Part shown: piece after piece, positions 35,893 to 44,307 of the stretch
Layout: each line of letters begins with the position of its first letter
How positions within the stretch are numbered: position 1 is the stretch's first letter
NCBI GenBank assembly: GCA_039804775.1
Contig: JBDLVN010000062.1
Span: 10,110-74,109, forward strand
Direction of reading: 5' to 3'
DNA from: Actinomycetota bacterium
GTDB lineage: Bacteria; Actinomycetota; Actinomycetes; Actinomycetales; Microbacteriaceae
DNA: 64,000 nucleotides
Notes under the pieces: model-generated
Seen by the model: the letters and a program-made list of their open reading frames with translations, nothing else
Told to the model about the DNA's origin: nothing
The model's database searches: none
Made by a program: the position numbers and the translations under genes

Positions 35893-37407
35893 TTGCCAAA
35901 CGAGATCACCGCTGGATTGCCCGTTTTGCTCGGCTCAGATGGCAAACCTGCGCTGTGTTTGGTGACAGGTGCCACTGGTTACATCGGCGGCCGCCTAATC
36001 AGCGAACTGTTGCAGCACGGTTATCGCGTGCGAGTTTTTGCCCGAAATGCCGCCAGACTCAGCGAGCACAGTTGGATCTCGCAGGTTGAGGTTGTTGAAG
36101 GCGACGCCACCGATTCGGCAGCTTTGGCTCGGGCTCTTAACGGCACCGACGTTGCCTACTATTTATTGCACTCTCTTATGAGCGCAGGTGACTTTGAATC
36201 GCAAGAACAGACCATGGCGCGCGAATTTGGTGAGCTCGCAAAAGCCGCCAATGTGAAGCGCATGGTTTATCTCGGTGGCATGATTGACCAGCGCGTCAAG
36301 AGCAGCCTTTCACCGCACATGCATTCGCGCATGGCAACCGGTGAGATTCTTCGCGCAAGCGGAGTGCCAACCATCGAGTTGCGCGCCGGTGTTGTGATTG
36401 GCTCGGGCTCGGCTTCGTTTGAGATGTTGCGCTACCTGACCGAGCGCCTGCCAATCATGACCACACCGCGCTGGGTTGAAACCCGAATTCAACCAATCGC
36501 CATTCGCGATGTTTTGCGCTACCTGGTTGGAGCAGCGGCCCTGCCAGCAAGCGTCTCGGGTGACTATGACATTGGCGGCCCTGAAGTGTTCACCTATCGC
36601 AAGATGATGTTGCAATATGCCGAGTCGGCTGGGCTTCGCAAACGCATCATTATTCCCCTGCCGTTTCTAACCCCAAATCTTTCAAGCGGATGGGTGGGCC
36701 TCGTCACCCCCGTTCCATTCACTTTGGCCAAACGCCTAGTCGCGAGCCTCAAGAATGAGGTTGTGGCGCGTGACGATAGCATTCGCGATTTAATTGCCGA
36801 CCCAGTTGGCGGGCTCACGCCTTTCAAACGCGCGGTGCAGTTGGCTCTAAAGAAGATCAAAGAGGCCAACGTTGAAACCTCATGGTCAAGTGCTTCGCTG
36901 CCTGGCGCGCCGAGCGACCCGTTGCCGACTGACCCGAACTGGGCTGGTGGCTCGCTTTATAGCGACGTTCGCACGCTCGAAACCAGCGATGCGCCTGCGA
37001 CTGTTTGGGCGCGAGTTGAGGGCATGGGTGGCGAGCACGGATACTCCACCGCGACCTGGGCTTGGCGCCTGCGCGGGGTGTTAGACAAGATGGTTGGCGG
37101 CGTGGGTTTGCGCCGCGGTCGTCGTGACCCGAACCACTTGATCGAGGGCGACGCACTAGATTTTTGGCGTGTCGAAGCGCTAGAACGCGGCAAGCTTTTG
37201 AGGCTTCGAGCCGAGATGAAGATGCCTGGATTGGCTTGGCTTGAGTGGAGTCTTGAGCCGATTGAAGGCGGTGGCACTCGTGTTACGCAGCGCGCGATCT
37301 ATGCCCCTCGCGGGTTGCTTGGTCACGCCTATTGGTGGGCAGTGTGGCCGATGCACGGCCTGGTGTTCCCCTCAATGGTCAAAAACGCCGCTCTCGGACG
37401 TCGTTAG
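35893..37407 (+). CDS. NAD(P)-binding SDR/NmrA-like protein with a DUF2867-like C-terminal domain
   Basis: 504 aa. VTGATGYIGGRL Rossmann motif with a long C-terminal extension. TTG start. Confidence 0.75.
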   Translation: MPNEITAGLPVLLGSDGKPALCLVTGATGYIGGRLISELLQHGYRVRVFARNAARLSEHSWISQVEVVEGDATDSAALARALNGTDVAYYLLHSLMSAGDFESQEQTMAREFGELAKAANVKRMVYLGGMIDQRVKSSLSPHMHSRMATGEILRASGVPTIELRAGVVIGSGSASFEMLRYLTERLPIMTTPRWVETRIQPIAIRDVLRYLVGAAALPASVSGDYDIGGPEVFTYRKMMLQYAESAGLRKRIIIPLPFLTPNLSSGWVGLVTPVPFTLAKRLVASLKNEVVARDDSIRDLIADPVGGLTPFKRAVQLALKKIKEANVETSWSSASLPGAPSDPLPTDPNWAGGSLYSDVRTLETSDAPATVWARVEGMGGEHGYSTATWAWRLRGVLDKMVGGVGLRRGRRDPNHLIEGDALDFWRVEALERGKLLRLRAEMKMPGLAWLEWSLEPIEGGGTRVTQRAIYAPRGLLGHAYWWAVWPMHGLVFPSMVKNAALGRR

Positions 37408-37496
37408 AAGTTTCTCGGGCAGGTTGCGTCTTCAGTGGGATGTGAAGCCGCGCCACGGCATTTGTTTAGCAAGAGTGAACAACATAAACTGAACCC

Positions 37497-38321
37497 ATGA
37501 GAACCATTGCTGCCGAAATCTCGCGCTCGTGGCTGCTTGTTGCCGGAACCAAGCCTGAAACTTTCAGCGCCGCCGAAGCTTCACGCGCCGACCAGATCAT
37601 TCTTGACATCGAAGACGCTGTTGACCCCAAGCTAAAGCCCCAAGCTCGCGAAGACGTTGCCAACTGGCTAGAAGCCGGCGGGCAGGCGTGGGTGCGCGTC
37701 AACGACGCAACCTCACCTTTTTGGCGTGATGACCTCGACCGACTACGCGGTGTGCCAGGGCTTCAGGGTGTTATGCTCGCCAAAGTTGAAGACGGCTCAC
37801 AGGTTGCCGAGAGCAACTTGATTCTTGGAGGCAACACCCCAGTGATTGCGCTGGTTGAGTCTGCACTTGGCATTGAAGAAGCTCGTGCGATTGCCTCGGC
37901 CCCGGGTGCTTTTCGCCTAGCTTTTGGCAGTGGCGACTATCGACGTGACACCGGCACAAGTGTTGACAACATGGCGATGGCATACCCTCGCTCGCGCCTC
38001 GTGGTGGCAAGTCGCATCGGCAACTTGCCTGGCCCAATCGACGGCCCAACTGTTGGCCAAAACTACAGCATGCTTCGTGAGCAGTCTGAGGTTGCTGTTG
38101 CCCTCGGCATGACCGGCAAGCTGTGCCTTCAGACCGAGCAGATTGCGGTTATTAACGAGCAGATCAGCCCAACCTCGTCAGACGTTGCGTGGGCCAATGA
38201 CTTCTTGGTTGACTTTGAAGCTGGCGGTCGCGTGATTCGCGACGGCAGTGACTTGCCTCGCCTTGGCCGCGCCGAAAAGATTATGAAGCTGGCTCGCGCG
38301 TTTGGAATCGAACCGCGCTAG
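37497..38321 (+). CDS. HpcH/HpaI aldolase / citrate lyase beta (CitE)-like protein
   Basis: 274 aa. ILDIEDAV and ALVESA...FGSGDY pattern typical of CitE-like enzymes. Confidence 0.8.
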   Translation: MRTIAAEISRSWLLVAGTKPETFSAAEASRADQIILDIEDAVDPKLKPQAREDVANWLEAGGQAWVRVNDATSPFWRDDLDRLRGVPGLQGVMLAKVEDGSQVAESNLILGGNTPVIALVESALGIEEARAIASAPGAFRLAFGSGDYRRDTGTSVDNMAMAYPRSRLVVASRIGNLPGPIDGPTVGQNYSMLREQSEVAVALGMTGKLCLQTEQIAVINEQISPTSSDVAWANDFLVDFEAGGRVIRDGSDLPRLGRAEKIMKLARAFGIEPR

Positions 38322-38935
38322 CCCTGCTTGCGTTGCAGACGCCACGCGCTCAGCACGACAACTGACAACCATGCCGTTTGAATGAACGACAGCAGCCTTT
38401 CGAGCACGCCGGTGGTTGGCGATGTCGGGTCTGTCCAGGTGAACAAGAACCAGAACGAAATGACGGTGAACACCACCGTTGCAGCTATGCTTGCCAGCGG
38501 CCTTAGAAGCACTGGTGCTGTTTTGCGAAACCGCATCGACAGCAGTGGCCAGGCTGAGAAAAGCACGAAAGATGTGATGGCATAGAGGCGGTGTTCAACG
38601 CTGTAGCCAATTAGCGGTGTTGGGTAGATCGTGATGCCAAACATGCAAAAGCCACCGATAAAGATAGCTACACGACCCGGCCATGCCAAAGCTCGAGCAT
38701 AGACACCTGCAATTAGCGACAGCACGCCACCCAAAACAAAGAACGCCGACATGATTGGCGTGACTGGTGATTCAGGCGAGGCAAGCTCGCTAATGGTTTG
38801 ACGCACCCCGTCATAGCCTGGCCAAGTTGCGGTGTGAACCGTGCTGGCGATTGTGCCAGCGATGAGCCAACCAGAAATGTTTTGAATTGGGCCGATGATG
38901 GCGGCAACAACCGCAGGTTTCGCAACTTTTGACAT
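38318..38935 (-). CDS. polytopic membrane protein (DUF998-like)
   Basis: 205 aa, about 6 hydrophobic helices. The family assignment is from memory only. Confidence 0.55.
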   Translation of the reverse strand: MSKVAKPAVVAAIIGPIQNISGWLIAGTIASTVHTATWPGYDGVRQTISELASPESPVTPIMSAFFVLGGVLSLIAGVYARALAWPGRVAIFIGGFCMFGITIYPTPLIGYSVEHRLYAITSFVLFSAWPLLSMRFRKTAPVLLRPLASIAATVVFTVISFWFLFTWTDPTSPTTGVLERLLSFIQTAWLSVVVLSAWRLQRKQG

Positions 38936-39045
38936 GACACAAAGCTTAAGTGAGGGGGCGGCTAGTTGCCAGTATTGCGAGGTATCGTTTAACTACCGAA
39001 CTTGCTGCAGAACTCGCAGCAGTGCTTGACACAAGGGAGTCTCAA

Positions 39046-39183
39046 ATGGAAAACAAAATCGAACTCACCACTCTTGGCTCAACCGAAGCTCAGGGTTGCG
39101 GCGACAACTGCGGTTGCGGCAGCGCAAAAGTTGCTGAGCCAGCAAAGTGCACCTGTGGCAAGGGCGAAGTCTGCGTCTGCTGA
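39046..39183 (+). CDS. Cys-rich 45-aa protein, metallothionein-like candidate
   Basis: MENKIELTTLGSTEAQGCGDNCGCGSAKVAEPAKCTCGKGEVCVC: 7 Cys in CxxxCxC / CxC / CxC clusters, no aromatic residues or His. GGGAG sits 7 nt upstream of the ATG. It is the internal start of the 77-aa track ORF. Confidence 0.45.
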   Translation: MENKIELTTLGSTEAQGCGDNCGCGSAKVAEPAKCTCGKGEVCVC

Positions 39184-39211
39184 CCTCACCCCCACCAACT
39201 AGGCTCTTCGG

Positions 39212-40468
39212 TTAGACCAACCGCTTTGGCAGTTTGAACGGCTCTGTTAACGCCGGCTTGATTAGGTCGCGTCGAACAAAGAAGATTACTGCAGCAATCA
39301 CGATATAAAGAATCGCAAGGGCGAAGCGAATCTCTGGCTGAGGCAAAACGAATGTCACTGCAAAGAGCACAAACAATAGCGCCGCGCCACGAGCGCCGAG
39401 GCGCAACCCGAGCAAGAGCGCGATGCCGAGCAGGGTTTGACCTGCGGTTAGTGTGAACTCTTCAACCTGGCGAAAGTCCATTGGCAAGGCAGCGCCTTGG
39501 CCGCCACCAACGACGTAGGCGATAGGTAGCGAGCCAGCCAGAACCGTCCACTGGTTCACCTTTGACGATATCAAAATGGCAAGACCAATGTTGGCGCGCC
39601 CACGTGCGGCGAAGATTAGTGCGAGCGCAAACTCGGGTGCTTCTGAAGCAATCGGGGCAAGCCACTGCACCAGTAGGTACTCATCAATTTTCAGTGCGTG
39701 ACCAGCTTCGATTAGCGCGTGAGCAAAAGGTTCAGCACAAACAAAAATGATTGCGGCGGCAACAATCAGCACAGCGATCTCAAACGTTGCACGCTTTGGC
39801 TTTGATAGCTCGCCGATGCGAGCGGCAACGCCCTCTAGTTCAGGTTCGTCGCGCTCAGCGTGAGACTGGCGCCATAGATAAGCCACGAAGATCGCAACCA
39901 TGACGATGCCCCAAATCAGGTGAATCTGAGCTGTGATTGGCACCAAGAACGCAAGCAGCGAGGCATACATCAAAAAGCCGAGGTCGGTGCGAGCCTCAGG
40001 CTCAACGGTGATGCCAAAGGTACCTTTTTCGCGAGCCTCACCTGAAGCTTTGGCGCGATTCTTAGCAACAGCGCGCACAGCGAAAAAAGCCACCAAAACG
40101 ATTAGTGGCCAGCCAAAACCGAGCAAAAGTCGGTTGGCACCGGTGAGGTTGGCCGAGGCATAAGGAGCCATAGTTGGGTCAGAACCCGCCGCGTAGGCGA
40201 AATAGATGCTCACGACATATTCCGGCAAAATCGTGACGATGGCTAAAATGCCAACGGTTAGACCGCCCGAGAGGTCGAGTTCGGCGGCTTCACCGGCCCA
40301 GCCGAGCATGAAGGCAGCTGAAACAATGGCCACGCCAAAAAACACGGCCATCAAGACCGGTTCGAGGTGCCAACCATTAACCAGGGTGAGAATCGCTGGT
40401 GTGGCAGCGGCAAGGGTTAGAAGAAACGGACCAAAAAGTGATAGCCACTTGGTTGTTGGGTTGCTCAA
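39212..40468 (-). CDS. CaCA-superfamily cation exchanger-like membrane protein
   Basis: 418 aa polytopic protein. Two alpha-repeat-like segments (GWAGEAAE... and PIASEAPEF). Confidence 0.6.
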   Translation of the reverse strand: MSNPTTKWLSLFGPFLLTLAAATPAILTLVNGWHLEPVLMAVFFGVAIVSAAFMLGWAGEAAELDLSGGLTVGILAIVTILPEYVVSIYFAYAAGSDPTMAPYASANLTGANRLLLGFGWPLIVLVAFFAVRAVAKNRAKASGEAREKGTFGITVEPEARTDLGFLMYASLLAFLVPITAQIHLIWGIVMVAIFVAYLWRQSHAERDEPELEGVAARIGELSKPKRATFEIAVLIVAAAIIFVCAEPFAHALIEAGHALKIDEYLLVQWLAPIASEAPEFALALIFAARGRANIGLAILISSKVNQWTVLAGSLPIAYVVGGGQGAALPMDFRQVEEFTLTAGQTLLGIALLLGLRLGARGAALLFVLFAVTFVLPQPEIRFALAILYIVIAAVIFFVRRDLIKPALTEPFKLPKRLV

Positions 40469-40529
40469 AACAGACCTTTCAAGATGGTGTTGCCGATGGT
40501 CAAGTTGATGCTAGCGCGCACCTATGACA

Positions 40530-41462
40530 CTAAATGATTGGGGTGACACCCCATGATGCTGTAAATAACTCGTCTTTTTTTAGCCAGTGCAGGTTTGTGC
40601 CATTGTTGAAAGCGTTTGGTGCAGCAGTCGAGGGTTCGATGGCCGCGGTGTAGGTTTGGCCACCTTCTTCTCGCGGAAAAAACCCTGGTGTGAAAATCAC
40701 AACGTGCTTGAAGGTTGCGTCTTGCCACACGTCGAGCCCGCGACCTTCGCTCGTCAATAGGTAGGTGTGAGCCTTGCCCTCGGCGTCGCGTTCGAGGTCG
40801 GTGAAGTCTTGGTCAATGAAAACATCTGGCAGGCGAATGCCCTCGCGCAGGTCAAACTCGGTGCCGGCCGTTGCTTCTTGGCCCACCGGAATCTGACGCT
40901 CATTAACGGTTGTGCGGGTTTTTGCCTGGCTCTTGATGATCAGCTCGGCTGCGTCAACCTCAGAAAATTTGAAATACGGATGCCCGCCCACCGCATAAGG
41001 TGCCTCGACGCCAGAACGGTTTATGGCGCTGTGGGTCACGGTGAGACCGTCTTCGCCAAGCGAATAAGTCACTGTGGTTTCAACGTTGAAAGGGTAGGCT
41101 TGGCGAGCAAAAACGGTTGCACCGAGAGTCACTGAGTGAGGGGTGCGGCTGATCAAATCGTATGGGTGTTCGAGCAAAAGACCGTGGTTCGCGTTTTGCT
41201 GCGAAACGATGTTGAGGTTGAACTGAAGGGTCTGACCCTGGTAGTTCCACTTGCCGCCGTCGATGCGGTTAACCCATGGAGACATCACTTGGCCGGCGCA
41301 ATATGGCGCCCACTGCTCAGCAGAATAGCCCTGAACCAGCTCAATTGAGCCGACGCTCATTTGACGAAGCGAAGCGCCTACCTGGGCAATTGTTGCCTTC
41401 AACTCACCTAAAGATGCGCTGGTGTAGTGAAGTTCATATTGCTGGCCGCTGGCTAAAGTCAT
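40530..41462 (-). CDS. aldose 1-epimerase family protein (second copy)
   Basis: 310 aa. Mutarotase-like (NRIDGGKW, GGHPYF, AIEPST). Paralog of 29276-30244. Confidence 0.8.
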   Translation of the reverse strand: MTLASGQQYELHYTSASLGELKATIAQVGASLRQMSVGSIELVQGYSAEQWAPYCAGQVMSPWVNRIDGGKWNYQGQTLQFNLNIVSQQNANHGLLLEHPYDLISRTPHSVTLGATVFARQAYPFNVETTVTYSLGEDGLTVTHSAINRSGVEAPYAVGGHPYFKFSEVDAAELIIKSQAKTRTTVNERQIPVGQEATAGTEFDLREGIRLPDVFIDQDFTDLERDAEGKAHTYLLTSEGRGLDVWQDATFKHVVIFTPGFFPREEGGQTYTAAIEPSTAAPNAFNNGTNLHWLKKDELFTASWGVTPII

Positions 41463-41544
41463 GGGTTCTAAATTACCATCATTTGAGTTTGCCCTTACTG
41501 CCGAGCCACTCTAGTGTTTGCACAGGTTCAGGTGACCAATGTCT

Positions 41545-42126
41545 CTAGCGAATGCTGACGCCAGCCGCCTCAAGCTTGTCAACAGCCGCAGCTGTCGACT
41601 CGGCGGCAACACCCGCGCAGAGTTCAGGCAGAACGCTGACCTTAAACCCGGCAGTGTTCGCGTCAAGCGCCGAGGCTAAGACACAATAATCGGTTGCAAT
41701 GCCGGCGACATCGATTTCAGCAACACCCAGTCGAGCCAACAGGTCAGGCAGGGTTTCACCTTCGGGGGTATTGCCTTCAAAAATCGAATATGCCGGCTTG
41801 CCCTGGCCTTTTTGAATGTGAAAGTCAATCAAGTTGGTGTCTAGGTTTGCGTGATAGTTGCCGCCGTCGCTACCTGCAACGCAGTGCACTGGCCAGCTGT
41901 TCACAAAGTCAGGCGCAACACCTTCGTGAGCAAAATGGCCACCGTTGTCGTTATGACCATCGTGCCAGTCGCGCGAGGCAATCACAAAGTCATATTCGGC
42001 TTGGGCAGCCGGGCTGCTCAAAAACGCTGTGATGTCGGCGGCGGCTTTGGCTCCGCCAGCGCAAGCCAACGAACCACCCTCGCAAAAGTCGTTCTGAACG
42101 TCGATTATGAAAAAAGCTTTTGTCAT
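41545..42126 (-). CDS. pncA: nicotinamidase/pyrazinamidase (isochorismatase family)
   Basis: 193 aa. IIDVQNDFCEGGSL and catalytic-Cys context GIATDYCV. Confidence 0.82.
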   Translation of the reverse strand: MTKAFFIIDVQNDFCEGGSLACAGGAKAAADITAFLSSPAAQAEYDFVIASRDWHDGHNDNGGHFAHEGVAPDFVNSWPVHCVAGSDGGNYHANLDTNLIDFHIQKGQGKPAYSIFEGNTPEGETLPDLLARLGVAEIDVAGIATDYCVLASALDANTAGFKVSVLPELCAGVAAESTAAAVDKLEAAGVSIR

Positions 42127-42152
42127 TGGTCAGACCTCCTGGCTGGTGCGGG

Positions 42153-43565
42153 TTAGCCGTTGGTGAGCTTGAGACCGCAACGATAGAAACCTGTCACAAG
42201 GTTGTCAATCGCCAACTTTGCGCTGTCGCTAACGTTACCGAGCGCATAAACGGCAAAAGTTAGCACCGAGCCATCTTTAGGTTTGATGTAGCCGGCCAGG
42301 GAGTATCCGTGATTAATCCAACCCGTTTTAGCAAAGACGTGACCAACGGCATCAATGTTTTTGCCAGTGAAACGGCTGGCCAACGAGCCGCTTTCGCCAG
42401 CAACCGGCAAGCCCTGGGCAACATAGTTGAGGTTGTCAGTGCCCGCAATCACAAGTTTCATGAGTTCGGTGAAGAACCTAGGAGAAACCTCGTTTTGGTC
42501 GCTCTCGCCAGAACCATCACGCAAAACCAGGTTGGTTGCGTCAAGGCCAAGGCTCTTCAGCGCAGCTTTGAAAGTGCTGTCGATTGACTCAAACGAGCCA
42601 TCGCCGCCAGCCTTCAACGAAACTAGGCGGGCAAGATATTCAGCCTCTGTGTTGTCTGAAACCTGAAGCATGTGGTTGATCCAAACGCTAATCGGTTGCG
42701 AAGTAACACTGGCGATAACCGAGCTGGCTTCGCTAGGCAAAACACCCTCGTCAAGCACAGCCGCTTTGGCGATTTTGCCAACAGCATTCTGCAAGGCCTT
42801 GCCGGCTCGAAATGCAGGTGTGGCGCTTCGAGGTGAAGTCTCTTTAGTCGCGTTGTCGCGGTCGCCGTCAACCTGAAGTGCGGTGATCTTCGAGACGTAT
42901 CCCATCGTGCGTTCTGAAGCCGGCCAAGATGACTCATAGTCAGGGCCGTTGAAAAGTGAAGAGTCAAGAGTGATGTTGGTGATAGCTGCAACCGAGTTTG
43001 ACTTAGCCCAAGAGTTGATCAGCACGCCAAGGTCTGAGATTTTTGGTGCGTTCAAATAGACCGACTGCTTGCCGTTTGGGGTGCGCGTGAGGGTTGGGTC
43101 ACCGGCGCCAACAAAATAGATGTGACCGGGGTCTAGCGGGTCGACATAAACCTTGGTCGTTACCCGGTAGGTCGGACCAAGAACTTTGAGCGCGGCGGCG
43201 GCCGTGATGAGCTTCATGGTCGAAGCGGTTGCGCTGCCCTTGTCGCCCTCAATATTGAAAAGAGTGTTGCCGGTAGCGTTGTCAACCACAATTGCCTGCA
43301 GCGAGCCAAGGCGCGAATCGGATGCCTTTTTGCCCACCGAGCAACCAGCTGCGGTTGCCGTTGGGGTGGCGCTAGGAGTTTCTGAAGCCGTGGTGCTCGG
43401 CGATTGCGAGGCAGTGTTTTGAGGCGAAGCAGTTTGAGAGCTTGAGGCAACGATGATCAAAGTTACAACAACGGCACCAGCCAGCGCGCCAAAAATTGTC
43501 TCTTTGATATAGGCGAAACCTGACTTGGTTTCTGACATGGTTCCTCCTGAGAAACAAGCAATCAA
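42153..43565 (-). CDS. dacB: D-alanyl-D-alanine carboxypeptidase/endopeptidase (PBP4, S13)
   Basis: 470 aa. SxxK (ASTMK), SxN (VSDN) and KTG (FAKTGW) boxes, with an N-terminal TM/signal region. Confidence 0.85.
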   Translation of the reverse strand: MIACFSGGTMSETKSGFAYIKETIFGALAGAVVVTLIIVASSSQTASPQNTASQSPSTTASETPSATPTATAAGCSVGKKASDSRLGSLQAIVVDNATGNTLFNIEGDKGSATASTMKLITAAAALKVLGPTYRVTTKVYVDPLDPGHIYFVGAGDPTLTRTPNGKQSVYLNAPKISDLGVLINSWAKSNSVAAITNITLDSSLFNGPDYESSWPASERTMGYVSKITALQVDGDRDNATKETSPRSATPAFRAGKALQNAVGKIAKAAVLDEGVLPSEASSVIASVTSQPISVWINHMLQVSDNTEAEYLARLVSLKAGGDGSFESIDSTFKAALKSLGLDATNLVLRDGSGESDQNEVSPRFFTELMKLVIAGTDNLNYVAQGLPVAGESGSLASRFTGKNIDAVGHVFAKTGWINHGYSLAGYIKPKDGSVLTFAVYALGNVSDSAKLAIDNLVTGFYRCGLKLTNG

Positions 43566-43608
43566 ACGCTCAAAGTTTAACTTTAGCGGGCATCGCTAAA
43601 CTAGTGGC

Positions 43609-44307
43609 ATGAAACGTTTTTCGAGCATTCTATTGGCAACCGCAGCCCTCGCTGCCAGCATGGTTTTGGGCGCATCAACCTCAGCTTTGGCCCACGACGA
43701 AATCGTTGGCACCACACCTTCGGCTGGTTCGCAAGTGGCACCTGGCACCCTCAAAGTTTCTGTGACCTTTGGCGAAGCCGTCATGGATGTTGGCAATGGC
43801 GATGGCCTCGAAATTCAGGTGACTTCACCCGACGGCGTTGCAGCTAGCCTGCCTTGTTTGACTGTTGATGGCGACTCGATTTGGGCTGCACTTGACGCAA
43901 CCCAGGTTGGCACCTACCAGGTTGACTGGCGCTCAGTCAGCAGCGATGGCCACGCCAACGCCGACACTTTCACTTTTGAAGTTGCCGAAGGCGCTGCAGC
44001 CGGCGAGGCACCTGCACCAGACGCGATCTGCCCAGTAGCCCTAACGAGCAACGAACCTGAGCCGACAGCCACAGCAACCGACGTTGCAGTTCTAACCTCA
44101 GGCAACCCAACCACCGGCAGCGGCGACTCTGGCAGCAAGCTAGACCCGCTCACCGGCCTTGGCTTTGGCATTGGGTTGTTTATCGGGCTGAGCTTGATTG
44201 GCATCGCGGTTTCTGAGTTGCAAAAACGCGCTCGCGCTCGCAAAGCTGCTCTCAAAGAACTTCAAGCTGAAGTCGAAGCTAACCCAGACCTTTTGCGCGA
44301 CCTATAG
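43609..44307 (+). CDS. CopC-domain copper-binding protein with a C-terminal membrane anchor
   Basis: 232 aa. The signal peptide ends ALA|HDEIV, giving an N-terminal His. Has SSDGH...F.F.V CopC core, a Pro/Thr linker and a TM helix. Confidence 0.8.
   Translation: MKRFSSILLATAALAASMVLGASTSALAHDEIVGTTPSAGSQVAPGTLKVSVTFGEAVMDVGNGDGLEIQVTSPDGVAASLPCLTVDGDSIWAALDATQVGTYQVDWRSVSSDGHANADTFTFEVAEGAAAGEAPAPDAICPVALTSNEPEPTATATDVAVLTSGNPTTGSGDSGSKLDPLTGLGFGIGLFIGLSLIGIAVSELQKRARARKAALKELQAEVEANPDLLRDL

Noticed and set aside
39046-39183. Cys-rich peptide as a lanthipeptide/thiopeptide-type RiPP precursor, possibly linked to the PqqD-like protein at 17.5 kb.
   Set aside because: No LanB/C/M, YcaO, radical SAM or dedicated protease/exporter genes lie nearby, and the PqqD-like gene is over 21 kb away. 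A metallothionein-like role fits the composition and neighbourhood better.
29276-41462. Two aldose-1-epimerase paralogs as a noteworthy duplication.
   Set aside because: The two are clearly diverged and lie in different contexts, one inside the ara operon and one standalone. Multiple mutarotase-family genes per genome are common.
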